Positions 38,370 through 48,332 of a stretch of 64,000 nucleotides of DNA are shown here, piece after piece. This DNA is from an uncultured virus (IMG/VR IMGVR_UViG_3300033562_000771) (taxonomy: Duplodnaviria > Heunggongvirae > Uroviricota > Caudoviricetes). The stretch is taken from the IMG/VR virus record IMGVR_UViG_3300033562_000771, positions 1 through 64,000 of that record, one strand, 5' to 3'. The notes under the pieces are model-generated. The model was not told the origin of the DNA. It did not search any database and saw nothing but the letters and a program-made list of their open reading frames with translations. The position numbers and the translations under genes are program-made. Within the stretch, counting starts at the first letter, position 1; every line of letters begins with the position of its first letter.

Positions 38370-40850
38370 TCAATTTGAGTCAATATTAAGTTGAAAAGTT
38401 AGGTTTTCAAATGTTGGGTTCCCCTCGATAACTTTTATTTGAAGAAAGTCATCTGCCTGAAGAGTCTCTGATAGATTTGAGAAAAGTGTAACCCAGGAGT
38501 TGCCTGGAAGGGTGTCATCCAAGTTTAAGGTATACAAAGCTGTGGTTTCGCTATTCTTATAGATAGCTAACTGAGCTACACCAGATAATATAGTTAGACT
38601 ATTTCTAAATAACTTAATAGTTTTAAGCGTAGATGCGACTTCTATTAAATAGACAGGCTGACGATCTACAACAGTTAGGGGTGTTTCAAAAAACCATTTA
38701 AATCTAAACTGTTGGGTATTCCAGGAAGTCTTTTCAGCATCAGTCACAAACCTATTTAGAGAGTCCTGCTCAATTATGGAGGGTGGGTGCGTTAAAGGGT
38801 GGGCCTCTAAAAGGGCAAGCTTACTTGCTTGGTCCCCTGACATATACCCATCCACCCCACTTATTGCGGCGGGTATTGAGATTACAGGGGAAGTCCCGCC
38901 ACTTGAAAGAATCGGGAGCGTAGCTGAAATAGATGCAACACCCGTCCCCGTTGGAGTTGAGAAAGTCCCATCCGCACATAAAAATTGAGACGCATTAGGT
39001 GTGACCCCCGGAACGAGGCCCTTTGAAGTCCCAAAAACGTTTAATAGAGAAGTTGCTTGAGTTGCGGATAGCTCTTCAACATTTCCAGTAGACTCAGAAG
39101 ACCTCCCCAAAAATGTAGCACTTCCCACCAAAGCTAAATGAGGCAGGGTGACTTTATTAACCCCTATCTGTGTGACATTACCCAGTGAGGATACATCACC
39201 TAATAAATTAGCGTTTGTAGATACAGTAGCGGCATTCCCGGTAAGATCCCCAACGAAGGTGGTAGCAGCCACAGACGTCAATCCTTCAAGAGTATCTACG
39301 GAGCCCCCAAGAGATAACGTAGTGGTTCCAATACTAACAGTGGAATTCACAAGAGAACTATTAGGGATACCCGATAAACCAGCCCCTGACCCCTCAAATT
39401 GTATAGCTGAGAGCACCCCTGTTGAAGGTATAAACGATAAAGATGACTCGGTTGCTCGTAAAGGAGCCTCCCCAATAGCCCCCGCCCAGATAGGGTAAAC
39501 AGGAGTGCTCGTCCAAGTATCGCTGGAGATAACTAACTTAGTGGCAGTATCCGCAGAAGCAACTGCGCTAGAAATAGCTGAACCGGGAATATCCGTAATG
39601 TGGAACCCTTGAATAGCTGGAGACGTTGAAAAACTAGGGGCAAGTCCACCTACTAGGACCCCTGCGCCTGATGCAAATGAAGTAATCCCCTCGGAACTTT
39701 GGAATGGAACAGCTCCAGGGCTACCCCCACTTAAGTTAATAGTGGAGGTAGCAGCAGAAGCCGTTCCCGATAAATTTCCAACAAATGTAGACGCACTAAC
39801 AGAGGTTAAATTAGACAGGCTACTCGTGGATTCACCTAAAGAAATACTGGTAGAGCCTATCATAATACTTGAGTTGCTTAGGGACCCATTCGGCAAATCT
39901 GTTAGAAGCGCCCCTGAGCCACTAAAACCTGTTGCGTATAACACTCCAGTAGCAGGGATAAATGTAAGTTTGGAGCTAGATACCTTATGGGAGGATTCCC
40001 CATTAGCCTCAGAAACCCATGTTGGGTAAACCGTATTGAATGACTCATTAGAATCAGTAATACCTGTGGCAATGGCAGAGCTTACGCTACTAGAAATAGC
40101 GGACCCTGGAATCCCTGAGAAATGCAACCCCTGTAAAGAGGGGGTTTGTGTGAAGCTTGGAACCGCACCCCCAACTAGCACCCCAACCCCTGACGGGATA
40201 AAACTAGTCCCTCCCACCCCAGTTTGATATGGGATATACCCCGAGTTGCCCCCCGCTAGGTTAGTAGCTACCGTGGCTGATGAAGCATTCCCGGAAAGTG
40301 CCCCTAAAAAAGTTGTAGCTGCAATAGACACCAAGCCTGCCAGCGAGAGAGTTTCTTCTCCCAACGCTACTATGGACGTCCCTAGGCGCAAGGATGAGTT
40401 CACTAGCGCACCATTGGGGATCTCAGTGAGCCCAGCCCCCGATCCTGTAAAGACACTAGAGGCTAAGTTGCCCGTATTTGGGGTAAAGGACAACTTTGAC
40501 GATGATATACTAATCGCCTGGGGACCACTCCCAAGCACCCATGTGGGGAAGCATGTGGTAGTTATAGAAGATTCGTCAAATATAGCAGAGTTTATATCCG
40601 CAGAGGTTTTCCATAAAGATCCATCAAACGTGACTTCAAGAGCCTCATCAAGCACCCAAGTTGAGACACCTATTGTTGGGATGATAAATTTCCACCTACT
40701 GCCATCCCAGGTGGTTATTTGCATGGCGTGGGATGCCCAAACCCCACTAGGGTTTTCAGCAACGATGTATCTAGAGCCACGAACAGGAGTCTCTGGAGGG
40801 GCAGAGATACTGCGTGAGTTAACTGTGGTTGGGATATATATTGTTGCCAT
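38370..40850 (-). CDS. Tail fibre/tail-associated protein with an N-terminal DUF2793 domain and internal repeats
   Basis: PP..P..G.RYIVA..P.G.W......I..W.G..W.F..P; three ~160-aa repeats (FTP.TG.L....F.GSGA.L..IPN..L.NS). Confidence 0.75.
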   Translation of the reverse strand: MATIYIPTTVNSRSISAPPETPVRGSRYIVAENPSGVWASHAMQITTWDGSRWKFIIPTIGVSTWVLDEALEVTFDGSLWKTSADINSAIFDESSITTTCFPTWVLGSGPQAISISSSKLSFTPNTGNLASSVFTGSGAGLTEIPNGALVNSSLRLGTSIVALGEETLSLAGLVSIAATTFLGALSGNASSATVATNLAGGNSGYIPYQTGVGGTSFIPSGVGVLVGGAVPSFTQTPSLQGLHFSGIPGSAISSSVSSAIATGITDSNESFNTVYPTWVSEANGESSHKVSSSKLTFIPATGVLYATGFSGSGALLTDLPNGSLSNSSIMIGSTSISLGESTSSLSNLTSVSASTFVGNLSGTASAATSTINLSGGSPGAVPFQSSEGITSFASGAGVLVGGLAPSFSTSPAIQGFHITDIPGSAISSAVASADTATKLVISSDTWTSTPVYPIWAGAIGEAPLRATESSLSFIPSTGVLSAIQFEGSGAGLSGIPNSSLVNSTVSIGTTTLSLGGSVDTLEGLTSVAATTFVGDLTGNAATVSTNANLLGDVSSLGNVTQIGVNKVTLPHLALVGSATFLGRSSESTGNVEELSATQATSLLNVFGTSKGLVPGVTPNASQFLCADGTFSTPTGTGVASISATLPILSSGGTSPVISIPAAISGVDGYMSGDQASKLALLEAHPLTHPPSIIEQDSLNRFVTDAEKTSWNTQQFRFKWFFETPLTVVDRQPVYLIEVASTLKTIKLFRNSLTILSGVAQLAIYKNSETTALYTLNLDDTLPGNSWVTLFSNLSETLQADDFLQIKVIEGNPTFENLTFQLNIDSN

Positions 40851-40865
40851 AGGTTAGACCACCTA

Positions 40866-40903
40866 CTAAAAGAAAGAGGCCATAGAAGACCTCTTTCTTT
40901 TAG
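40866..40903. terminator. Perfect 14-bp inverted repeat (terminator/regulatory hairpin)
   Basis: CTAAAAGAAAGAGG-N10-CCTCTTTCTTTTAG between two structural genes. Confidence 0.65.
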
Positions 40904-40921
40904 ACTATGCTATTTCTATGA

Positions 40922-43900
40922 TTAACTTGCTGCTGCAGATTTTTTACCCGACTTAGGGATATCAACAGTAATAAGCTTACTTACGGTAAAGGTGTCCCCT
41001 GCTAGATTGGTTATCGTTAATGTATAAGTAATGTCTTCGGAGGGGGTTACTTGGATTGCCTGCCCATTAGTTACAAACCCAATACCGTGATCTAAACTCA
41101 CAGAAGCAGCACCCCCGTCTACCGAGAAAGTAGGAGTGATAGCTACAGTGCCACCATGAAGTACTGATGAGTCCCCTTCAATACTTAAGCTTGGGGCCGC
41201 TAAGACTTGTATAACTCTTGAATTGGACTTAGCGGGATCTACCACAGACGTTGCTGTTATTGTAAAGGCACCTGTTGCCTCAGAAGTCCAATAGTTAGAA
41301 TCCCAAATACCAATACCAGACCCCGTGGTAGACCACGCAACTGAGGTGTCTACCGCCCCAGTAACTTCTGCGGTATATGCTCTACTGGTGTTAATGGTCT
41401 GATATGTAAATCCCAACTCCTGCGATGGAGTATTCACTACAACTATCTGTGGAGCTACCAAAACAGAGCTATCCACAAAGTCACTCGCCGCATTGGTCAC
41501 ACGTAGCGTGTATGTATTAGCAGCACTGGATACCAAGATCTCCTGACCAGAGATAGCACTCGCAGATACATTATTGGACCCTGCAGAAGTCCCAAGTATC
41601 GCAGTCCCACCCGTGAACGTTGGAGTTAGGGCTACAGTGGCTCCAACAAGAGGGTTTGTGGTATCAGCTACTAGATTTGCGGTGGCGGCAGCTACCACAG
41701 TTTCCGTAAAGCTCCGAGAGGTGACCCCATCAGCTTGAGCAGTTGCTGTAATAGTATAGGTTCCGGGGGTCCCAGGGGACGTCCAGGAACTCCCCGTCCA
41801 GGACCCACCCCCACCTGGGCCAGATGCTGTCCAAGTAATGAGATTGAAAGCCGCCCCAGCCGCAGTTGCATAGAATTGTTCAATAGTCCCTACAGTTGTA
41901 ATAGCGTTTGAAACCGTAATGGGGGTAAGTGTTACTTCAGTATTAGTAATGGTAATAGAAGCTATAGCGGAGTCGCCTGCAGCGTTCGTAACTGTTAGCG
42001 TATAGGATTTTGGAGTCCCTACCATAGCCCCCGTGCTCAAGTTAGCTTGGCCTGACGTAACGGTCCCAAACCCACTGAGAACCCCCACTCCATTAGTAAA
42101 GGTTGGAGTTAGAAATGCTGCAGATCCATAGGGGACTGGATTCGAAGAAGCAGTTAGTGAAGCAGTTGGCATCGCAACAGTTGTTACGGTATGTGTACGT
42201 GACTTGGTATTATCTGACTGGCTAGTTGCAGTAACTGTGTATGTCCCAATAGTTGCTGGGGCGGTATATAACCCGCTAGAAGTTATGGAGCCACCTGAGC
42301 ATGTCCAAGTAACTGCAGTATTTACAGCCCCTGTAACGGTAGCGTAGTATTGAACCTGACTTCCAACTGATTTCGTAATGCTAGCAGCATTTAAGTAGGT
42401 TACGTCCACGGGGAAATCAGAAACCCAAAAGAACCCATTGGCCGATATGTTAAATTGAATTGATAGGCGTAGATTACTCAAGTTCCCGAGAGTTTGGACT
42501 TGAGCAGGGGTCAAAGTTAACCCTGCCCCATTGGGGACAAGGGTAGGAGACGATATCCAACTTGCACCATTATCTAGGCTAATCCAACATGAGGTAGAGA
42601 GTGCTCCAGACCCACCAGCAAAAGCTATAGAAGGGATTGATAAGGAGGTTATATCTGAAATGCTGGGGAAATTATAAATCTGCATCCCATACAGTCCAGC
42701 GGGATTGGCAGTCCCGGTGGTATATGAGCTAGGGTTTGCATCTATGAGATTACCTGGAGTCCCTAATAAGGAACCCCCCGTGTGGGGAACTGCGTAGCTT
42801 GTTGCTCTGTAGCGAGAAGTTGTTTGGTTGCCAGGACTTCCTGGGGATGCTAGAGAGACTGCAACAGCATTTACGTTAACCGTTGCAGTAGCCTGGGCTG
42901 ATGTCCCAGCGGGGTTGGTGACGGTAAGTGTGTAAGTAGTGCCCACGGTAAGAGCTGGAGTATCCGAAGTGAGGCCACTGGCAACCGAACCAATCCCGTT
43001 GTTAATGACCCCGACACCGTTTGCAAACACATACGACAGTGTCCCTATAGCGCCTCTATCAATGGGATTACTAGCTACTGTAAAGCTGGAGATACTAGGA
43101 GCGGCATAACTAATGACAGAGGCCGTAGCTGTTACAACCCTACCCGCTGGATTTGTAACTGTGGCGGTATAAGTCTGTGAGGAACCTAATGTAGAGACCA
43201 CCCCCACACCGCTAGTGCAGCTTGCAGACGTATTAGATGAACCGGACCCGGTAGTTCCTAAGGTAGCGGTCCCACCCGTGAACGTGGGGGTAAGTGTTAC
43301 CGAGGCACCCTCTGTAATAATACCATCATTGGAAGTTCCACTAGCTTCCGTTAGAACTAGGGAAATTGTGGGAACGGCGTATACATTTACACCAACACTA
43401 GCAGTAGTAAAATCCCCCGCAGTGTTATACACGGTTAATGTGTATGTTTTATTGGAGTTAGGTGTTACTAGAACACCAGTTCCACTAGACACGGAAGGGT
43501 TAATATCCGAAGAACCCGACCCAGTGGTGCCAATCCTGGCAGAAGTGCCTGTAAATGTGGGGGTAATTGTTGTAGAATCCCCAGTGGTGATATTTGCTAG
43601 CGCAGTTACAAAATTAGAAATGGTTGGTAAAGCTACTAACGTTACAGATGTAGTTGCCACCTTTGTTGCATCAGCGGCAGATGTTGCTGTAATGGTGTAA
43701 TTTCCAGGAGTTGCAGGAGCAGTCCAAACCCCTCCTGCGGTAATGGACCCTCCTGTGCAAGTCCAATTAATTGTGGAATTAAGCGCTCCACTTACAGAGG
43801 AACTAAATGTAGTCTGGGTATTTATAGACTTTGTAGGAGCCGCTGGAGAAATAGCCGAAACAGACACAGTCTGGGGAATCACAGTTGTAGAAGTAGTGGC

Positions 43901-45208
43901 CGTAGCCCCAGCCAAATTTGTTACGGTCAAAGTATAGGTTTGAGCTGAAGTAATAGCTGAAGTAGTAAAAGCTTTGGGTGAAGAACCGATACCGCCCACG
44001 CCATTATCAACGATAGCAGACCCATCTGAGAAGGTGGCAGTAATGTCTACCGTAGCTCCGTATAGAGGATTAGAAGTGGCTGGAACTAAACTAGTAGCAA
44101 TTGGAAGGGCAACTAAGTTAACTGCAGTAGATGTAAATTTAGACCCATCAGCGGCAGATGTTGCTGTAATGGTGTAATTACCAGGAGTTGCTGGTGCAGT
44201 CCATATACCCCCGGATGTGATAGATCCACCTGTGCAAGTCCAGTTGATTGTGGAATTAATCGCTCCACTTACAGAGGAACTAAATGTAGTCTGGGTATTT
44301 ACAGACTTTGTAGGCGCTGCGGGAGAAATCGCTGAAACCGATACAGTCTGGGGTGTGATTGAGACCCCTGCGGTTGTAGTCGCAGGGGTTGTGGCCCCAT
44401 TGGACACCGTTAAAGTATACGCTAGCGTAGAGGTGACAGCTCCCGTCCCATAAGCGGTGCCACTTGCAACAGCTCCCACTCCGGTAATACTACCGGATCC
44501 ATTTGAGAACGTTGGTGTAATTGTAACGGATGCACCATATAACGGATTTGTATTAGAAGCCGTGAACGATGTAATAGAAGGTGCCGCTACTACATAGATC
44601 GTTTGCGTAGCCGTTACGGAAGTTCCTGCAGCGTTAGTTACTGTTAATGTATACGTCTGAGAGGCCCCTGGAGACAGTGCCCCAGTTGTTCCAGAAGCAG
44701 CTACAGACCCAACGGTAGGTGAAATAGAATAACTAGTTCCATTAGAAGCTACCCAAGATAAAGTTGTCGAGAGTCCAGCAGTGATTGTCTTCTGGCCAGT
44801 AAAACTTGAGATGATTGGCGCTGGGACTACAGTAACTGTTTGGGAAGAGGTGGTGGAATCCCCCGCTGCATTTGTTGCTGTAAGAGTGTATGTCTGAGAA
44901 GCCGAGGGAGTTACTGAGGTGCTACCAGACGCCATCACCCCACCTACTGTAGGGGAGATATTTACAGAAGTAGCATTAGAAACATTCCAGGATAGCGTGG
45001 TGCTAGTTCCAGCAGTTACAGTTGTAGCCCCCACAAAACTATTAATAATGGTAGCCGCGACAACATTCACAGTTACCTGGGAAGTTGCACTCTGCCCTGC
45101 AGCGTTAGTAGATGTAAGGGTATACGTTCTGGAGGCGGAGAGTGCCCCAGTGCTATAAGCTTGACCGCTAGTTACTACACCAATACCTTGATCAATTGAA
45201 CCGCTCAT
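40922..45208 (-). CDS. Large Ig-like repeat virion surface/tail protein
   Basis: Many ~80-aa YTLTVTN.AG repeats and W...GG.I...G.WTAP.T.G.YTITATS (Big-type) repeats; internal DNA duplication near 43670-43875 and 44147-44352. Confidence 0.8.
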   Translation of the reverse strand: MSGSIDQGIGVVTSGQAYSTGALSASRTYTLTSTNAAGQSATSQVTVNVVAATIINSFVGATTVTAGTSTTLSWNVSNATSVNISPTVGGVMASGSTSVTPSASQTYTLTATNAAGDSTTSSQTVTVVPAPIISSFTGQKTITAGLSTTLSWVASNGTSYSISPTVGSVAASGTTGALSPGASQTYTLTVTNAAGTSVTATQTIYVVAAPSITSFTASNTNPLYGASVTITPTFSNGSGSITGVGAVASGTAYGTGAVTSTLAYTLTVSNGATTPATTTAGVSITPQTVSVSAISPAAPTKSVNTQTTFSSSVSGAINSTINWTCTGGSITSGGIWTAPATPGNYTITATSAADGSKFTSTAVNLVALPIATSLVPATSNPLYGATVDITATFSDGSAIVDNGVGGIGSSPKAFTTSAITSAQTYTLTVTNLAGATATTSTTVIPQTVSVSAISPAAPTKSINTQTTFSSSVSGALNSTINWTCTGGSITAGGVWTAPATPGNYTITATSAADATKVATTSVTLVALPTISNFVTALANITTGDSTTITPTFTGTSARIGTTGSGSSDINPSVSSGTGVLVTPNSNKTYTLTVYNTAGDFTTASVGVNVYAVPTISLVLTEASGTSNDGIITEGASVTLTPTFTGGTATLGTTGSGSSNTSASCTSGVGVVSTLGSSQTYTATVTNPAGRVVTATASVISYAAPSISSFTVASNPIDRGAIGTLSYVFANGVGVINNGIGSVASGLTSDTPALTVGTTYTLTVTNPAGTSAQATATVNVNAVAVSLASPGSPGNQTTSRYRATSYAVPHTGGSLLGTPGNLIDANPSSYTTGTANPAGLYGMQIYNFPSISDITSLSIPSIAFAGGSGALSTSCWISLDNGASWISSPTLVPNGAGLTLTPAQVQTLGNLSNLRLSIQFNISANGFFWVSDFPVDVTYLNAASITKSVGSQVQYYATVTGAVNTAVTWTCSGGSITSSGLYTAPATIGTYTVTATSQSDNTKSRTHTVTTVAMPTASLTASSNPVPYGSAAFLTPTFTNGVGVLSGFGTVTSGQANLSTGAMVGTPKSYTLTVTNAAGDSAIASITITNTEVTLTPITVSNAITTVGTIEQFYATAAGAAFNLITWTASGPGGGGSWTGSSWTSPGTPGTYTITATAQADGVTSRSFTETVVAAATANLVADTTNPLVGATVALTPTFTGGTAILGTSAGSNNVSASAISGQEILVSSAANTYTLRVTNAASDFVDSSVLVAPQIVVVNTPSQELGFTYQTINTSRAYTAEVTGAVDTSVAWSTTGSGIGIWDSNYWTSEATGAFTITATSVVDPAKSNSRVIQVLAAPSLSIEGDSSVLHGGTVAITPTFSVDGGAASVSLDHGIGFVTNGQAIQVTPSEDITYTLTITNLAGDTFTVSKLITVDIPKSGKKSAAAS

Positions 45209-45220
45209 TCCATGTCCCCT

Positions 45221-45847
45221 TTAAGTAAATATTGGTGTTATTGTAGTGGATTGACCAGCGGTGATGGTTCCCCTAGTGGCGGAAAGGCTAGCTGTTGGGA
45301 GAGCAACTATATACACAGTGCAGCTATTACTCTTGGAAGAATCCGCAACTGAAGTATTCCAAATAGTGTATGTGCCTGAGGTACCAGGGGCGGTGTAGAG
45401 TCCAGATCCGGTAATGGACCCGCCGTTGGTTGACCATGTTACGGAGGTGTTAACAGCCCCCGAAACCCCCCCGCTTGTGAACTGTCGTGTATACCCCACA
45501 GAAGTATACTGACCACCAGGAGTAGGAGCCCCAACGGAGATTGTTGGGACGGTTAACGTTGAACCCCCAGATCCAGTCCCACTAGCAGTTGTAACTGAAA
45601 GAACCCCCGACCACCCTTGGTGAGCCGTGGTAAGCGTAAATGTAATGGAAGATGCAGATACAACGGTGTATGAGGATACCGAATTAGAACCTATCTTAAC
45701 CGCAGTTGCTCCCGTAAAATTAGCGCCTGTTACGGTTATAGTTGATCCAATTGTGGCTGACCCAGACCATGAAGAAACTGTAGGGGGAGGGGTGGTCCAG
45801 TTACCCTCTATCCACGCATCATATACATATGCAATAGCATAACTCAT
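45221..45847 (-). CDS. IPT/TIG plus Ig-like domain protein (middle fragment of a split virion protein)
   Basis: P.V.S.S....G..ITVTGANFTGATAV.IG (TIG) followed by a Big-like repeat; ends mid-repeat. Confidence 0.75.
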   Translation of the reverse strand: MSYAIAYVYDAWIEGNWTTPPPTVSSWSGSATIGSTITVTGANFTGATAVKIGSNSVSSYTVVSASSITFTLTTAHQGWSGVLSVTTASGTGSGGSTLTVPTISVGAPTPGGQYTSVGYTRQFTSGGVSGAVNTSVTWSTNGGSITGSGLYTAPGTSGTYTIWNTSVADSSKSNSCTVYIVALPTASLSATRGTITAGQSTTITPIFT

Positions 45848-45896
45848 GTATCACCTCAATTTATATATTTGTCATTACATATCAATTTATTAGGTA

Positions 45897-46361
45897 TTAC
45901 ACAGGTGCATCAGGGTAAATACAGTCACCAAAGGAACACAACACTCCATCCTTTACATTACACACAAAAGACTCGTCAGCTAGAAGAATAAATTTAACAC
46001 GAACATTAGCCATGTTAGTACCTACAGGGAGTGCATAGGAGATTGTCTGACGAAGCATTTTATTACTATCGTCTCCTATAAATATGGTGGCATAATTCGT
46101 AGCATCGGTGCTTACTTGGACAGTAACCCTGGACCCAGCTTGCTCTGTAAAGACATCGGGCATCAGATCTATCTTTAGCGTTAGCGTAGTATACGTATGT
46201 TGAGCCGCAGAGAATCCTTGTAGATTCCTTGTTATGGAAAGCCCCGTAGTATTGTTGGTTACAGTTGCTACTGTCGTGGTATTGCCATCATAAGCATATG
46301 CTGGGGTGGATATGCTAGCGGTAGTGTCCCATGAAGATGGTCTTAATATATCAATCGCCAT
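45897..46361 (-). CDS. Beta-sandwich virion protein fragment with a Cys-containing C-terminal tail
   Basis: I.RP, AYDG...T, VQVSTD, NVRVKF similar to the 5616-6278 protein; ends FVCNVKDGVLCSFGDCIYPDAPV. Confidence 0.65.
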   Translation of the reverse strand: MAIDILRPSSWDTTASISTPAYAYDGNTTTVATVTNNTTGLSITRNLQGFSAAQHTYTTLTLKIDLMPDVFTEQAGSRVTVQVSTDATNYATIFIGDDSNKMLRQTISYALPVGTNMANVRVKFILLADESFVCNVKDGVLCSFGDCIYPDAPV

Positions 46362-47622
46362 TTTCTACTCCTAAAAAAGGTATTGTGGAGCCTCGCTGAA
46401 GTAAAGCTATCTTAGATTTTCTCAGGTGACTTAAAAGATCGTGTCTAACCAAGTTGCATCTAAATCTCTTGGCATCTGCATCCTGATTAGTTATAAAACA
46501 ACCTCCAGCACAAGAAAATCTAGCTACACAAGAAACGCAATCTCCAACAACTGAAGTAAATTTGGATAGCTTGTCAAAGTTAAATACATAGTTGCCCTGT
46601 GTTGAATCAAACCTACCCACAAAAAGAGGATCTAACGCGGAACTCTCTGGGGTTGACTTTCTATGGCAAGTTGCCACTAGCCCGTTATTCATGAAGGTTA
46701 AAGAGGTATGTGGGTTGGTTAATCCACACCCAACAAACTTAATAGGAAGATATTCAGACTCTTCCATATCCCCATAGGAAACATGCCATAGCTTACCCAT
46801 CTGTCGTTGTTTAAGCCTTTCAAACGCTCCCAAAAAACGCAGATGATCTTGACATGTTAACGGGTCGGACACACTTCCTACATAAGGCTGTAAAACAACT
46901 CGAATAGGTTCTTTAAACATATCCGTATAACCCGGATGTTCTTGGAGGGTATCTAAAAAGTCAGCAATTGTTGTTATATAATCTAGCATTGGATCAGTAA
47001 TAGTCCCTCGAATCCCAAAGGGAATCCTATTCTCAATGAGTAGCAACAAAGCTTGTTTAACTATGTCAAAGGTATCCTGTCCCCCTAAGAAAGGTCTCTG
47101 GAAATTCTGGATATATTCACTTCCATCAAATGATGCGGAAACCCTAGAGAAATACTTCTTAATAAGATGGATATTTCTATTAGTTATTAAAGATAAATTG
47201 GTGGTTAATGAGAATGAATGCACCTTCCCCGTAGCGAGAAGCTTTTCACAGAGTTCAAAGAGAGAACTCTCAGTTGTGAGGGACTCCCCCTGAGGTAGGA
47301 AGGAGACCTTTACGGTCCCATTAACTTGGGATACAAGTGATATAATGGCGGACACCATCTCAGGGGACATATCCGGCTCATTATTAGCGTGTGCGTCTGC
47401 TGCATAACAGTATTTACAGGCAAAGTTACACTTGGATGTTAAAGATATGTTAATAGACCTTAGATCCTTAGGGTCAAATTCCTGGAAATCTCTAGGTGTT
47501 TTTGGGGGCCTTTCAAACTCAACAAGACTCTCCCCAGCATCTACAAGACAAAGATGTAAAGGGAAGTATCTATATGCGACTCCATCGAGTTCAACTAACA
47601 CATGCGGACTTTTGAAGGCCAT
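46351..47622 (-). CDS. Radical SAM/SPASM-domain protein (peptide/protein maturase family)
   Basis: CNFACKYC (CxxxCxxC), QGE, TTN, S.DG...QN.QR; SPASM CG...C...CVSC..RFSCAGGC...C. Confidence 0.92.
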   Translation of the reverse strand: MAFKSPHVLVELDGVAYRYFPLHLCLVDAGESLVEFERPPKTPRDFQEFDPKDLRSINISLTSKCNFACKYCYAADAHANNEPDMSPEMVSAIISLVSQVNGTVKVSFLPQGESLTTESSLFELCEKLLATGKVHSFSLTTNLSLITNRNIHLIKKYFSRVSASFDGSEYIQNFQRPFLGGQDTFDIVKQALLLLIENRIPFGIRGTITDPMLDYITTIADFLDTLQEHPGYTDMFKEPIRVVLQPYVGSVSDPLTCQDHLRFLGAFERLKQRQMGKLWHVSYGDMEESEYLPIKFVGCGLTNPHTSLTFMNNGLVATCHRKSTPESSALDPLFVGRFDSTQGNYVFNFDKLSKFTSVVGDCVSCVARFSCAGGCFITNQDADAKRFRCNLVRHDLLSHLRKSKIALLQRGSTIPFLGVENGD

Positions 47623-47630
47623 TTAAGATC

Positions 47631-48332
47631 CTAGTAGACAGCCTGCTCAATATCTAATTGAACAGTAAGATTATCTAGGGTGGCGTTGCCTGCGGTCACA
47701 ACCACCTCAAGATAATCACCGACTACAAGAGGGGAACTTAATCCCGTAAGGGCATCAACCCACAATTTACCGGAGGCATTATCTGGGATCGTAACTGTGT
47801 AGAGTGCTGTTGAGCTACTATTTTTATAAATAGCTATGGAAGCCACTCCGGACACAGCAGTAAGGGTATTTCTAAACCAGCGAATTGCCTTTAAATTCGA
47901 TAGTGTTTCCACGCGATACACAGGCTGGCGATCTAGGATATTAAGAGGAGTTTCATAAAACCAGCGAAAAGGTGCCCGTAGTGCCAATGACGTCAGAGCA
48001 ATCTGCGTAGCTGTTGACACGGGTTTATCCATGTCAGAAGTATTATTTACATTGTCTAATCCAATGTAGGTAGCTGTAACAACAGGGGTATTCCATGCAG
48101 ATCCATCCCAAGTAACCTCAACTCCCTCGTCAACAATCCAGGTAGAGACCCCCTGGATGGGCTTAATAAACTTCCAGGAGGACCCTGTCCAGGTGGCGAT
48201 GTGATGGTCTTTACCTTCCCAGAGACCTACTGCTGTTGCAGCAATAATCAGTTTGGATTGTCTGGTAGGATTTGAAACGGGTGCTTTGTAAGCACGGGAA
48301 TCAACCGTAGTAGGAATGAGGGGGCTAGCCAT
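47631..48332 (-). CDS. DUF2793-domain tail-associated protein
   Basis: DUF2793-type N-terminus; GLDNVNNTSD.DKPVSTATQ.AL fibre repeat; C-terminus homologous to that of the 38370-40850 protein. Confidence 0.75.
   Translation of the reverse strand: MASPLIPTTVDSRAYKAPVSNPTRQSKLIIAATAVGLWEGKDHHIATWTGSSWKFIKPIQGVSTWIVDEGVEVTWDGSAWNTPVVTATYIGLDNVNNTSDMDKPVSTATQIALTSLALRAPFRWFYETPLNILDRQPVYRVETLSNLKAIRWFRNTLTAVSGVASIAIYKNSSSTALYTVTIPDNASGKLWVDALTGLSSPLVVGDYLEVVVTAGNATLDNLTVQLDIEQAVY

Noticed and set aside
45209..45223. Genome-wide stop-codon reassignment
   Set aside because: Conserved genes are full length in the standard code and TAA, TAG and TGA all end genes; this in-frame TAA is an isolated case
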